Positions 35,601-49,729 of a DNA stretch of 64,000 nt are shown here, piece by piece. The notes under the pieces are model-generated. The model had not been told where the DNA came from. It made no database searches and was given only the letters and a program-made list of their open reading frames with translations. The stretch is from assembly GCF_009914755.1 (NCBI RefSeq), contig NC_060947.1. One strand, given 5' to 3'. How positions within the stretch are numbered: position 1 is the first letter of the stretch; every line of letters starts with the position of its first letter. This stretch comes from the human T2T-CHM13v2.0 reference genome, Homo sapiens. The position numbers were made by a program, and so were the translations under genes.

Positions 35601-38600
35601 CCACAAAAGACATGGTACCATTTTTTTATGGCTGTGTAGTGGTATATATGTACCACATTTTCTTTATTCAATCTGTCATCAATGGACATTTAGGTTGATT
35701 CCATGTTTTTGCTATTGTGAATGGTATTGCAATGAACATTTGCATGCATGTGTCTTTATGGTAGAATGCTTTATATTCCTCTGGATATATGCCCAGTGAT
35801 GGCATTGCTGGGTCAAATGGTATTTCCGCTTTTAGCATACTGCTTTCCACAATGGTTTAACTAATTTACACTCCCACCAACAGTGTATAAGTTTTCCCTT
35901 TTCTTGACAACCTCACCAGCATCTGTTATTTTTTGTTTTTAATAATAGCCATGCTGACTGGTGTGAGATGGTATCTCATCGTAGTTTTGATTTGCATTTC
36001 TTTCATGATCAGTGAGGTTGAGCTTTTTTCATATGATTGTTGGCTGTATACATGTCCTCTTTTGCAAAGTGTCTGTTCAGGTCCTCTGCCCACTTTTTAA
36101 TGGGTTTGTCTTTCTCTTGTAAATTTGTTTAAGTTTCTCATAGATGTTGGATATTAGACCTGTGTCGGATGGATAGATTGCAAAAATTTTCTCCCATTCT
36201 GTAGGTTATCTGTTTACTCTGTTGATAGTTTCTTTTGCTGTGCAGAAGCTCTTAAGGTTAATTAGATGTCAATTTTTGCTTTTGCCATGACTGATTTTGG
36301 CTTCTTTGCCATGAAATCTTTGCCTGTTCCTATGTCCATCATGCTATTGCCTAGGTTGTTTTCCAGGATTTTTATAGTTATGTGCTTTACATTTAAATCT
36401 CTAATCCATCTTGAGTTGATTTTTGTATATGGTGTAAGAAAGGAGTCCAGCTTCAGTCTTCTGCCTATGGCTTAGCCAGTTATGACAGCACCAGTTAACT
36501 GAATAGGGAGTCTTTTCCCCATTGCTAGTTTTTGTCAGCTTTGTTGAAGATCAGATGGTTGAAGGTGTGCAGCCTTATTTCTGGGCACTCTATTCTGTTC
36601 CATTGGTCTACGTGCCTGTTTATGTACCAGTACCATGCTGTTTTGATTACTGGGGCCCTGTAGTATCGTTTGAAGTTGGGTAAAGTGACGCCTCCAGCTT
36701 TGTTCTTTTTTGCTTAGAATTTCCTTGGCTATTTGGGCTCTTTTTGGTTCCATATGAATTTTAAAATAGGTTTTTCTAGTTCTGAGAAGAATGTCATTGG
36801 TAGTTTGATAGGAAATTACTTTGGGTAGCATGGCCATTTTAATGATATTGAGTCTTCCTATCCATGAACATGAGATGTTTTTTTCATTTTGTTTTTGTGC
36901 CATGTTTGATTTTGTTGAGCACTGTTTTGTAATTCTTATTGTAGAGAGATTTTTCACCTCCCTGTTTAGCTGTATTCATAGGTATTTTATTCTTTTCATG
37001 GCAATTGTGAACGGGAGTTCATTGGTAATTTCGCTCTCGCTTGCCTGTTGTTGGTGTATAGGAGTGCTACTGATTTTTGTGAATTAATTTTGCATCCTGA
37101 AACTTTGCTGAAGTCATTTATCAAGTGTTTCCAGAAATAGAGTTATGTCATCTGTAAACAGAGATATTTTGACTTCCTCTCTTCCTATTTGGATGCCGTT
37201 TATTTCTTTATCTTCCTTGATTGTTCTGGCTAGGACTTCCAATACTAAGTTGAATAGGATTGGTGAGAGAGGACATCCTTGTCTTATGACAGTTTTCAAG
37301 CAGAATGCTTCCAGCTTTTGCCCATTCAGTATAATGTTGGCTGTAGGTTTATCATAGATGGCTTTTATTATTTTGAGGTTTGTTCCTCCAATACCTAGTT
37401 TATTGAGAGTTCTTAACATGAAGCGGTGTTGAATTTTATTGAAAGCATTTTATGCATCTATTGAGATAATCGTGTTGTTTTTGTCTTTAGTTATGTTTAT
37501 GTAATAAGTCACATTTACTGATTTGCATATGTTGAACCAACTTTGCATCCCAGGGATAAAACCTACTTGATCATAGTGAACTAGCTTTTTGATGTGCTGC
37601 TGGATTTAGTTTGTAAGTATTTTGGTGAGTATTTTTGCATCAATGTTCATCAAATATATTGGTCTAGAGTTTTATTTTTTTTGTTGTGTCTCCACCAGGT
37701 TTGGTATCAGGATGATGCTGGCCTCACAGAATGAGTTGGGGAGGACTCCCTTCTCCTCAATTTTTTGGAATGGTTTCTGTAAGAATAGTACTAGCTCTTC
37801 TTTGTACATCTGGTAGAATTCAGCTATGAATCCATCAGGTCCTGGGCTTTTTTTTTTTGTTGGTGGTGGTGGTGGCAGGCTATTTGTTACTGATTCAATT
37901 TCAGAGCTCATTATTGGTCTGTTCAGGAAATCAATTTATTTCTGGTTCAGTCTTGGGAGGGTGTATGTGTCCAGGAATGTATCCATCTCTTCTAGGTTTT
38001 CCAGTTTGTGACCATAGAGGTGTTTGTAGTAGTTTCTAACGGTTATTTTTATTTCTGTGGGGTTAGTGGTAACATTCCCATTGTCATTTCTAATTATGTT
38101 TATTTGGATCTTCTCTCTTTTCTTCTTTATTAGTCTAGCTCATAGCCTATCTTAATATTTTTTTCAAAAAACCAATTCCTGGATTCATTAATCTTTTGAA
38201 TTTTTTTGTGTATTTTGATTTCCTTCAGTTCAGCTCTGGTTTTGGTTATTTATTGTCTTCTGCTAGCTTTGGGGTTGATTTGTTCTTGCTTCTCAAATTC
38301 TTTCATTTTTGATATTATATTGTTAATTTGAGATCTTTCAAACTTTTTGATGTAAGCATTTAGTGCTACAGATTTTCCAGTTAGCACTGTCTTAGCTGTG
38401 TCCCAGGGATTCTGGTATGTTGTATGTTTGTTCTCATTAGTTTCAAGGAACTTCTTGATATCTTCATTAATTTCATCATTTACCTAAAAGTCATTCTGGA
38501 GCATGTTGTTTAATTTCCATGTAATTGCATCGTTTTGAGCAGTTTTCTTAGTCTTGACTTCTATTTTTATTAAGCTGTGGTGTGAGAGTGTGTTTGTTAT

Positions 38601-40176
38601 TATTTTAGCTTTTTTGCATTTGCTGAGAATTTTTTTATGTCAATTATCTGGTCAATTTTAGAGTATGTGCTATGTGTTGATGAGAAGAATATATAATCTG
38701 GATTTGTAGGGGGTGGAGAGTTCTGTAGAGGTCTATCAGATCCATTTGGTCCAATATTGAGTTTAGGTCCTGAATATCTTTGTTAAAACTTCTGCCTCGT
38801 TGATCTGTCTAATTCTGTCAGTGGAGTGTTGAAGTTTCCCACTGTTTTTGTGTAGGAGTCTATGTCTCTTTGCAGGTCTCTAAGTACTTGCTTTACAAAT
38901 CTGAGTGCTCCTGTTTTGGATGCATTTCTATGTAGAATAGTTATATCTTCTTGTTGAACTGAATCATTTTTCATTATGTAATGTCCTTCTTTGCCTTTTT
39001 TTTATCTTTGCTGATTTGAAGTCTGTTTTGTCTGCAGTTAGGATTGCAACCCCTGATTTTTTCTGTTTTCCAATTGCTTGGTAGACATTCCTCCATCCAT
39101 TTATTTTGAGCCTATGCATGTAATTACATGTGAGATGCATCTCTTGAAGACACATACCATTGGGTCTTGCTTTTTTATCCAGCTTGCCACTCTGTGCCTT
39201 CACTTAGGAAGCTTAGTTTTGGCAGGACATGAAATGCTAGGCTGAATTTTTTTTTTTTTTTTTTGAGTATGTTGACTATTGGCCTCCAGTCCCTTCTGTC
39301 TTGTAGGGTTTCGGCTGAGCAGTCTACTGTTAGCCTAGTGGGGTTCCATTTGCAGGTGACCTGCCCTTTTTCTCTAGCTGCCTTTAAAATTTTTTCTTTC
39401 ATTTTGAACCTTGGAAAATCTGACAACTATGTGTCTTGGGGATGATCTTCTTGTGTAGTTCTCTGTGTTTCCCGAGTTTGACTATTGGCCTCTCTAGCAA
39501 GGCTGGGGAGGTTTTCATGGATGATATCTTGAAATATGTTTTCCAAGTTGCTTGCTTTCTCCCCTTCCCTTTCAGGGATACCAGTGATTTGTAGATTTTA
39601 CCTCTTTACATAATCTCATACTTCTCAGATATTTTGTTCATTCCTTTTCATTCTTTTTTTCTTTATTTTTGTCTGACTGTCTTACTTCAGAGAACCAGCC
39701 TTCAAGTTATGAGATTCTTTCCTCAGCTTGGTTTAGTCTACTGTTAATACTTGTGATTGCATTATGTAATTCTTGTGTCGTGTTATTCAGCTGTGTCAGA
39801 CCAGTTAGGTTCTTTTTTATATTGGCTATTTCATCTTTCAGCACCTGTATTGCTTTATTGTGATTCTTAATTTCTTGGATTGGGTTTTGCCATCCTCCTG
39901 AATCTCAATAATCTTTGTTCATATCCATAGTCTGAATTTGTCTTTTCAGCCAGTTCAGCCTGGTTAAGAACTCTTGTTGGAGAACTGGTGCCATTATTTG
40001 GAGGACATGTGACAATCTGGCCATTTGAGTTACCAGAGTTCTTGCACTGTTTCTTTCTCATCTCTGCATGTAGGTGTTCCTTAAACTGCAGTGTAGTTTG
40101 AGTACAGTCAATAGACTTCTTTTTTGGATGTTTTCATCAGACTGAGGCTTTGTGCAGGGATTTTATTTGACACTGA

Positions 40177-40524
<348 letters not shown>

Positions 40525-41400
40525 TGACTTCTTATCTCTGGTTTCAGATGGACATATGTTAGGAAGGAATTTTTTGGTATTGAAGCTTTGGGGTATGATC
40601 CAGTAGGTGGCACTTAGGCTTATTGGTCAGTTGGTAGACTTGCTTGGTTGTGTGGCTCCCCTATGTTTCCTCACAGTTGCAGCCACGTTCCCTCTCAATG
40701 CTCTGAAAGTGTGGGTTCCTCTCCTTCTTGAGTGTTGGCTTTAGATCACGGCTCGGCACTCCTGGTCTGCCCGCTGCAGCTCTGGGGCAATCTCAGTGTT
40801 AATGCTCCGTCTCCAACTTGGAGGCAGCAGAGGAAGGGGACCTTAGTAGTGGTTGTGGCCAGGGGTCTTTTGCTTGTCTCCTGGGGGCTCCACCCCAGAG
40901 AGATGCAGGTCAGCAATCGTTTAATGGAATCAGCCCAGGATGGAGGGTTTGCGCTGTGGGCCCAAGCCAGGGGTTCTCTGTCTAGTGACAAACAGTGGGG
41001 TTTTTGTGAGCCTGATAGGAAATGGAGTGGACTCCTCTTCTTGAGTTGACTGCAGCTTGTTGGAGGCGTGGATAAAGCACTTAGTGTCTTTGCTCCTTCA
41101 TTAGTCCATTGGTAGCAAGGGCAGTTCCACTGCAGAAGCAGTGACAAAGGAGCTTCCAATTGTCCCTGGAGGCTCTGTCCAGGGAATTGCTGAGTTGCTA
41201 CTGGCTCGATAGCTCTGGCGGGGGATGGCTGGAGGCCCAGACCTGGAGGATCTGCACAGTGAGAAGATATGGAAACAGGCACCCACATAACAGTCTGACC
41301 ACTTTTCCACAGGGCTGCTGTGATATGCTGGGGGCCTGTTTCAGTCTGTAATCACCTTGGATTTTCCAGTACCTGGAGGTATCACCAGTGAAGGCTGTGA

Positions 41401-42520
41401 TATAGCAAAGATGGCAGACTGCTCCTCCTTCTGGAAGCTCCATCCCAGGGAGATACAGATCTGTGGCCAGCCCTAACACACCTGTAGGAGGTGGCTGGAG
41501 ATCCCAGTTGAAAAGGCTCACCCAGTGAGGAGGAGCAGGATTGGGGATCCAGTTAAAAAAGCAGTCTGGCCGTGTGTTTGCAAAGCAGCTGTACTGTCCT
41601 GGAGGTCTGCTTCAGCCCCCTGTTGCCTTAGACACTTCAAATGCCAAAGGCTGAAACAGCTAAGTCACCCAAACAGCAAAGATGGCAACCCACCCCTCCC
41701 TCTGGGAGCTTCATCCCAAGAAAATTTGAAACTTCTCCCAGCTGGAGAACACTGGCGCAGGTAGCTGGGGACCCCAGTTGGGAGACCCCACTTTAAAAAA
41801 GCAGTCCGGTCACATTTTCATAAGAGTAGCTGTGCTGTGCTTGCAGTTCACTTCAGCCCCTGGTCACTTTGGACTCTCCAAAGCCTAAAGGCCAAAATAG
41901 CTAATCCACCCAAACAGCAAAGATGGTAGCCCACCCCTCCCTCTGAGAGCTCTGTTCCAGGGAGGCTTCAAATCTCTGTGGGCTGGAGAGCACTGGTGGG
42001 GGTGGCTGAAGACCCTAGTTGGGATGTCCTGCCCAGTGAGGAGGTGCTGGATCCAGGACCAGCTTTAAAAAGCAGTCTGGTCACATTTATGCAGAGCGGC
42101 TGTGCTGTGCTTGGGGACTGCCTCTGCCTCCCAATCAGCTTGGAGTCTCCAAAGCCTGACAGCTGGAATGGCTAGTCACCCAAACAGCAAATATGGCAGG
42201 CTGCCTCTCCCTCTGAGACCTCTGTACCAGACAAGTTTCAAGACCCTGTCAACTGGAGAACACCAGCAGGAGTGGCTGAAGGTCCTGGCTGGAAGGTCAC
42301 ACCCAATGAGGAGGAACAGGTTTGTGGACCCACTTAAAACAGGTGCCATCATTTGGAGGACATGTAACAGTCTGGCCAAGTTTTCATACAGCAGCTCTGC
42401 TGTGCTGGAGTGCTGCTTCAACCCCCAGTCAGCTTGGACTTGCCAAAGCCCAAAGGCTGGAATGGCTAAGTCACCTAAACAACAAAGATGAAGGCCTGAC
42501 CCTCATCTTGGGAGCTCCAC
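41401..42520 (-). repeat. Tandem 240-300 bp units in the L1 5'UTR
   Basis: The motif (aaac)agcaaagatggc recurs at about 41401, 41671, 41912, 42182 and 42478 with colinear downstream sequence. Confidence 0.8.
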
Positions 42521-43324
42521 CCGAGGAGGTGCATACTGCTACCGGTAGCTGGCTGGAATTCCAAGCCAGTGGGTCTTACCTTTTGAGGTGCCCTGGAAGT
42601 GGGACATGCAGACTGTCACTGTCCAGCCCTCTGAATTTAGCCTCTTTCTTAGGGGTCTAACCTCCCACTTTGCAGGAGTTGCAGTTACTTTTGCTGAGAA
42701 GCCCTGAGAGCCTGAGTATCTAAGACTCCAGGGTCTCCACATGTGCTTGAGCAGCTTCTCTGTTGAGATTCTGTGTAGTTCTGTGTGCCACAGGTACTGG
42801 TGGAGTGGGTTCACAAGGGGATCTCCTGACCCAAGCGTAAGAAAGATCAATGTTAGAAACATGGGTTCCTTGGGTCTCACATTCACTCGCCAATTCTCTG
42901 GGTGGGGGAGATTCTCCTGGCTCTGTGCTGCTCCCCACTGGGCCATTGTTCTTCCTTGCATTTTTCCATTCTCCATAGGTCGAGTTGTTCCCTTGATTAG
43001 TCCCAATGCGAGTACTTGGATGCTTCCGTTGAAGGTGCTATATCTACTCACCCCTTTTGTTCCTCTTTGTGAAAGCCATGCACAGTACCTGTTCCTAGTT
43101 GGCCATCTTGGTCACCTGTTTAAAGAGTTTCTGCACAGCAAAAGAAACTATCAACAGAGTAAACAGACAACCTACCAAATAGGAGAAAATGTGTATAAAC
43201 TATGCATCTGACAAAGGCCTAGTATCTAAAATTTATAAGAAAATTAAACAATTGAACAAGCAGAAAACAAATAACCCCATTAATATGGGCAAAAGACACA
43301 AAGACACTTTTCAAAAGAAGACAT

Positions 43325-43794
43325 TGTGAATCCTGAAAAGCTGAGACAGGTCTCAGTTAATTTAGAAAGTTTATTTTGCCAAAGTTGAGGACACACGCCT
43401 TTGACAGAGCCTCAGGATGTCCTGATGACATGTTCCCAAAGTAGTCAGCACAGTTTGGTTTTACGCATTCTATGGAGATGGGAGACATCAATCAACATAT
43501 CCAAGATGAACATTGCCTCAGTCTGGAAAGGCATGACAACTCTAAGCAAAGGCAGGAAGACTCAAAGTGGGGAGGAGACTTCCAGGTCACAGATAGATAA
43601 GAGACAAATGGTTGCATTCTTCTGAGTTTCTGATTAGTCTCTCCAAAGGAGGCAATCAGATATGGATTTATCTCAATGAGCAGAGGGGTGACTTTGAGTA
43701 GAATGGGAGGCAGATTGGCCCTAAACAGTTCACGGGTTGATTCTTCCCTTTAGTTTAGTGATTTGGTGGCTCCAAGATTTATTTTCCTTTTACG
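43325..43794 (-). mobile_element. MER4A-type (ERV1) solo LTR
   Basis: gagacaggtctcagttaatttagaaagtttattttgcc...ccaagatttattttcctt; TSD acat (43321-43324, 43795-43798). Confidence 0.88.
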
Positions 43795-45449
43795 ACATAC
43801 AAACAGCCAACAAACATATGGAAAAATGCTCAACATAACTAATCATCACAGAAACGTAAATAATGAGGCTGTGGATAAAAGGGAATGCTTATACACTCTT
43901 GGTGGGAATGTAAATTAGTTCAGCCACTGTGGAAAGCAGTTTGGAGATTTCTTGAATTATTTAAAATAGAAGTACTATTTGACCCAGAAATCCCATTTAT
44001 GGATATTTATCCAAAAGAAAATAAATTGTTCTACCAAAAAGGCACATGCACTCATCTGTTCATCATAGCACTATTCACAATAGTAAAGACATGGAATCAA
44101 CCTAGGTGCCCATCAATGGTAGAATGGATAAAGAAAATGTGGTATATATACACCATGGAATACAATACAGCCATAAAAATGAATGAACTCATGTTCTTTT
44201 CAACAACATGGATGGAGCTGGAGGCCATTATCCTAGGCAAATTAATGCAGGAACAGAAGACCAAATACCACATGTTCTCACTTATAAGTGGGAGCTAAAC
44301 ACTGGGTACTCATGGACATAAAGATTGTAACAATAGACACTGGGGACTAGTGGGGATTAGAGGGAGAAGGGAGAGATGGGTGCAAGGATTGAAAAACTAT
44401 TAGGTAATATGCTCAGTAGTGGGGTAATAAGATCAATTGTACCCCCAAAATCAGCATCATACAATATATCCATGTAACAAACATACACATGTACCTCCTG
44501 AATCTAAACTAAAAGGTGAAATTATTTGAAAAGAATATATATGTAATATATATACTATATATATAATCACATTAAATGTGTATAGTATTTGAATTATTTT
44601 CATCAATAAATATACAGATAAAATATTTTAAGTAATTATTTTTAATATATATTTTCAAAGTTATTTTTCTATTAAATTGCTAGATATTATTTAAAATTCA
44701 TGAATTTAAAAATAATTCAAAGCTATTTAAATAAAGCTATAATTCTTATTATCAAAAATTGAACTAAATATATTAATATGCACAAACAAAACTAATGTCT
44801 GTCTAATTGCCAATATATACAACTGGTATCAATGATTCATGCATTATATGTCTAGGTCTACCTATATATACTTTGAAGGGTATAAATTGTTCGATAGTGC
44901 AAGACGTTCTTCAACTACAATGTGCAACTCTTATGAATACCATGCAAATTCATGAGTTCCTCTGGAATCATGAATAGGAACATGAAAAGAATTCAGTAAG
45001 CATTTTCAAGGCACTACTGGGGAATAATATCTCATTTGGGGAAGAAATCAGTCATTCATGCCACCTAGAGAAAGGATTTGAATAGTCTTTTCTGTTACCT
45101 AACCAGTTCTGTGGCTCAGATCTCCATTGTAGGTTGCAGCACAGTCAAAAATCCTTTGCATATGGCATCACTTTTTTTTTAAGGAATAGGGCAAGAAATG
45201 TAGCAAATCATTTCCCTGGAATTGAAATATGTTGGGCATGGAAGGAGATGTTCAGCACTGAGTACTAGACCCCAAGTGCTACAGTCAACCCTGTGTTCCT
45301 TAATATACTTATCCTTTGGGTTTCTAATATGCAGTTGTTCTCTAAAGCGCTAGGCTCAGGGCTGCATGCCCTCCTTCATGGTCTAAGGATGAGGGTGGAA
45401 CCTTGGAAGCCTCCTTGCTTTCAGTTTCTCCCTTCCCCATGATCCCACA

Positions 45450-46010
45450 CATCACTGTGTGATTTTCTTAAATCATGTTACCCTCCTGCTCAAAAGCCTT
45501 CCATGGATTTCTATCAGCTACAGAATCAAGCCCAAATTTGTCAGCCTTGCATTTAAGAATATCTGAAATCTCACTTGACCTTTCTTTTCCAGCCCCCTTT
45601 TCTGTTGTATAATGGATATGTATGTCTATATGCCTGAAAAAAAATAAAATTAAAAAATAAAGATATAAAAAGATTTTACTTTTTGTCCTCCAAAACACAG
45701 TCCTGCCTTCCTACTTTTGGAGCTTGCATGGTCGTTTTAATCCTTTCTATCTTGTTTACCATTAAGAATTCTTCCAGATTTAGTCCAAATCCTACTTTTA
45801 TAGGGAAACTTTCCTTGCAAATTAAGCCTACCGATATTCTTTCTCTTCTGTGAGTCTTAAACAATTATTGCCTACGCATATTACTAAATTATATTCTGTC
45901 TTCTCCAAAATATGTTATACCTTGCCTGAGGTCAGGGGCTATGTTTTATGCCTCTTTGTTCCTCTTTGTGCCTTGCACATACTAGGTAATTAGTTAGTTT
46001 TTGCTGATAG
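45450..46010 (+). mobile_element. L2 fragments
   Basis: ctcctgctcaaaagccttccatgg; tgaggtcaggggctatgtttt...gcacatactaggta. Confidence 0.6.
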
Positions 46011-48289
46011 CATGCTTACGTGGTAGTGTAGCTTACTGGGCAGTAAAGATTTAAAGTGCAGGTCCTCTTACATCCCAAGGGATTGAGTCATACTTTGGAA
46101 ACATTTTTATCTCAGGGTAACCTTTTAGTCTCACTACAAGTAACTAATATTAACCACTGTTTGGTGTTAAGATGCCCAGGAAATGCCTACCTTCAAATTC
46201 TATATGCAATTTTAAAATAATTGATGTTAGATAATTATAAATAAGAAAGATAATGTAGAGAAATAAGCCAAACAAACATTACACTGTTATGAATATGTCC
46301 AGTGAAAGAAGCCATGGAAAGCTGAATGGGCTGTTGTCATAGCCTTAAATGTTTTCTTTGTGAGTTCATTTTTCTTTAATCGCATTTCTGAGCAGCATCT
46401 AAGTTTACAGTAGGAGATAAAAGTATGGAAGAAAATAGTATAGTGTTAGGACTGTTTTTACAGCCATCCTTTATTGGTTATTCACAATAAAAAGCACAGC
46501 ATATTCAGGGTGCATTAATAAAAAATGGAGACTATAAAAGCTATTAAAATAGAATGTACATTATGTTCACTGAGAACACTATAGGATTGAGGTGCCATTT
46601 TTTTCCTCACAAAATAAGGTGTAAAGTGTTCAGAACCCAGAAACTCAAAACCAAACTTTAATTCGTGCTCCCTGTCATCAATATCAGATGATGACCGCAA
46701 ACCTTGGAAAGAAAGCCCCCCCCCCACACCTTATGGCACTACAATGTGAATTCACATGGGCATTTGATAAAAGATCAGTTTATTTAGCAAGACTTACCAT
46801 ATGTTAGGTGTCAGTATGTGTGGCCAGGGGAATTCAAGGATTCATCAAATATAGTAGTTCATTTTCCCAAATAGGTAATAACAAGGAATTTCTACTTCCA
46901 ACAAACAACAAAAATAATGTAATAATCAGAATTGTGAAACTCCTGTTCTATCAGGGTTTCTATACAGAAGAATTATTTTTTATCAAGATGGCATACCCAT
47001 GTGGTAAATACTTCGTATACATTTTGTATCAACTTCCCTTGCATGGGCTTCCCACAGAGACATCAAAAATCTCTGGTGCTTTTTAAATTGCATTATATGT
47101 TTCTGAAACCAAATAATTAAACATTTTTATAGCTTTTGTCCTTACAAATTCTTTCCAAACAGGTGAAGGACAGGAAATGATTCAACCAACTAAGGGACTT
47201 GTTCATAGAAACTGACACAGACAGAAGTATCAGCCAATTCTTTTTCTTGGAACTAAGTTCTCAACATTGCGTTTTGGAGATATTCCAAGGGGTCTTATGT
47301 CTGGAATCTGGCCTTCATGTCCAAGGATGATCCCATTTTAAATTCAAAAGTGAAATCAAAGTAATATAGTTTGCCTTTACATGTTTGCAAACTTTCACAG
47401 ACCTTACCTGATTTATTGAGGAAAGGGAACTTGGAAGCACATGAAAAGTTTACCCAAGGCTTTCTTTGCAATGTAAAGGCACTTTCATGGTTGTTTTAGA
47501 TTTACTCTTGAAACTCTATAATAGATTATAAAACTTTCCCAGGTAAAGCATTCCAGGCTGGAAGAGAATTTATTTGAAAAGCTTCAATGTTTTTCTAGCT
47601 GGCAGTGAGGCTGGGAAAAGGCACTACAATGATCAGTCTTTTTATTGGGAACTTTGTATTACACTATGGCGGGGGGGGGGGAGTTTAAAACAAACAAACA
47701 AAAAAAATATCTAGAGAGTTCCCAGGGAGCAAAAGATTCCCAGACTTCAGAGAGACCACTTACTGCAGAGAAGTCTTCCAGCTGATATCATCATTCCCAT
47801 CCTGAGTGCTGATGCAAACTTGTTCAAAATTAATACACCTTAAATGTTTGGATAATTCCCCCTCTCTCAGTATTAGGGAAATCATCACAATAAGACAAAT
47901 ATATCAACAAGCATAAAACCCAATAGAGGTGCTATACTCAGACTATTTATAACAAAATGAATTATAAACTCTCCGGGTCTCCATGGTTTCTGGGTTACTG
48001 CCTAGTGACAAGCACTCTGCAGGAATTCAAAGACATTGTATGTTTAGGTACCTTTGTAACTTTTTTACTTTGATTAAATTACAAACTGATAGAAAAGTTG
48101 CAAGACTAGTATAAAGAACTTCCCTTCTTCCAGAGCCACTAATTGTCAACATTCTCTATATTTGTTTTATCATGCTGGGCTCCTGTTGAACAGCATCCAT
48201 GGCTTTATTAAGTGCCTAAAGCTATAATTTATTATAACATATTACTTAATTATGAGGGACAGAGCTGATCTATATAGAATGATAATAGT

Positions 48290-48480
48290 AATGACAATAA
48301 GGGCAATAATAATATTAGTAATTTGCATATTAAGTAATCACAAGAACTTTATAAGGTATGTATTATCATGTTTAGGTTATCAGTGACTAATTTGCGGTCA
48401 CAGAGCTAGGAAGTGGCATAGCCAGCATTCAAATTCAGATCTATCTGACCCTAAAGCTAGGGCTTACAAACATTATTGAA
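48290..48480 (-). mobile_element. MIR fragment
   Basis: ggtcacagagctaggaagtggcatagccagcattcaaattcagatct. Confidence 0.7.
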
Positions 48481-49729
48481 TACTGCCTGTTATCAAATAT
48501 GGCAAGGAGACTCATTTTCCTCAGTCTATCTAATCCCCAATGGGTTAGCCCTTCACTTGGGAATTCCACCCATATTCTTTAGGGCTATACAATGTAATAA
48601 GGGAACATTAGTCAGAAGCCAGAATGCAGCTCTGACAATTATCTCAAAATATAAAGTTTAATTGAAAATAATGTAGCTCTGGTTGGAGAAAATTCCAATA
48701 TTTGTCCTTAAGGTTATCCTTTTTAATCTGCAAAATTGAAACATTCACATTTTTCTGTTTGGGAAGAACCAGTATGATCACAAGCCTTTTTCAATTTGTA
48801 GTTGCCTATTCTCAGAGTAAGCTTATTTGAATAAGCAATTCTTAGAGAGGGGCTTCTATCTACCTAATACCATGCCATTTCCTATGCTAATAACAGTTTC
48901 ACGTTTGCTACTGTAGAGATCGTTGAGGAGGCGGCCAAAGTAATGAGAGCGAAATAAAATAGTTTACTTCAGTGACTCAATCTGGAAGTTCAAACTACTA
49001 AAGCATTGGAATATTCTGAGTCTCTGCCAGATTGCTTGATGACTGTTGAAAACATTAAGTAATTCCAGCAGGAGCTGTCAGTCTGTGTGTGAATGTGAGT
49101 GTGTGTGTGAGTGTGTTTTTGCACACATCTTTGAATAAATGTGTAAGCAGGTATTGAGTATGTGTGTCTGTTTTTAACAAGATCTTAGCCTCCTTTGATT
49201 CTAAACTCTATTCTCCAACAAGACTTTATTTCTAAGAAATAAGAACACTCTTTGTAAAGCTGAACAATTGATTTTTCATTTTCCATTCTCAGTCTTTTTG
49301 CTTTGACCAGGTGTTTCATAGCAGGTTATCAAAGAACCTTCTTTATTTCCATTAGACAATAGGAAAAGATCAAGAGCTGCAAATGCTCCTGAATACACAC
49401 CAAGGCCATGACAGGACCACAGAATTTTGGAAGTTTTAGTCATTGTCTCTGGAGAAGTAAGTTCTAAAACTGTTTCTTAATGTGTTAGAGAAATAATGGA
49501 ATCTATGACTAATTTTCTAGATTTTGAGCCAAGATCGTTCAATTTAATTGCTTAACAGCAGTAATTCTAAGGTTTCCATTTTGTGAAAATTTAAAAGCTT
49601 GAAAAAATTTATACATATCTTATCTAGTGAGCCTTATACTAATTAATTCAATAAAATATATTGAAAGCCTGCAATGCTAGGCATAAAGAATACAAAAATA
49701 ATAATAATACTTTATTAATAAAATTAATA

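Noticed and set aside
41401-42520. Regularly spaced motif as a CRISPR-like array
   Set aside because: The intervals are homologous to each other rather than unique spacers, and the array lies inside an L1 5'UTR.
46744-46757. Perfect 14-bp palindrome atgtgaattcacat, and the hairpin agatctg-caat-cagatct near 24793
   Set aside because: Seven-bp arms are expected several times by chance in 64 kb.
48856-48965. Minus-strand protein-like frame HYFGRLLNDLYSSKRETVISIGNGMVL
   Set aside because: It has an in-frame stop just upstream with no usable acceptor or ATG.
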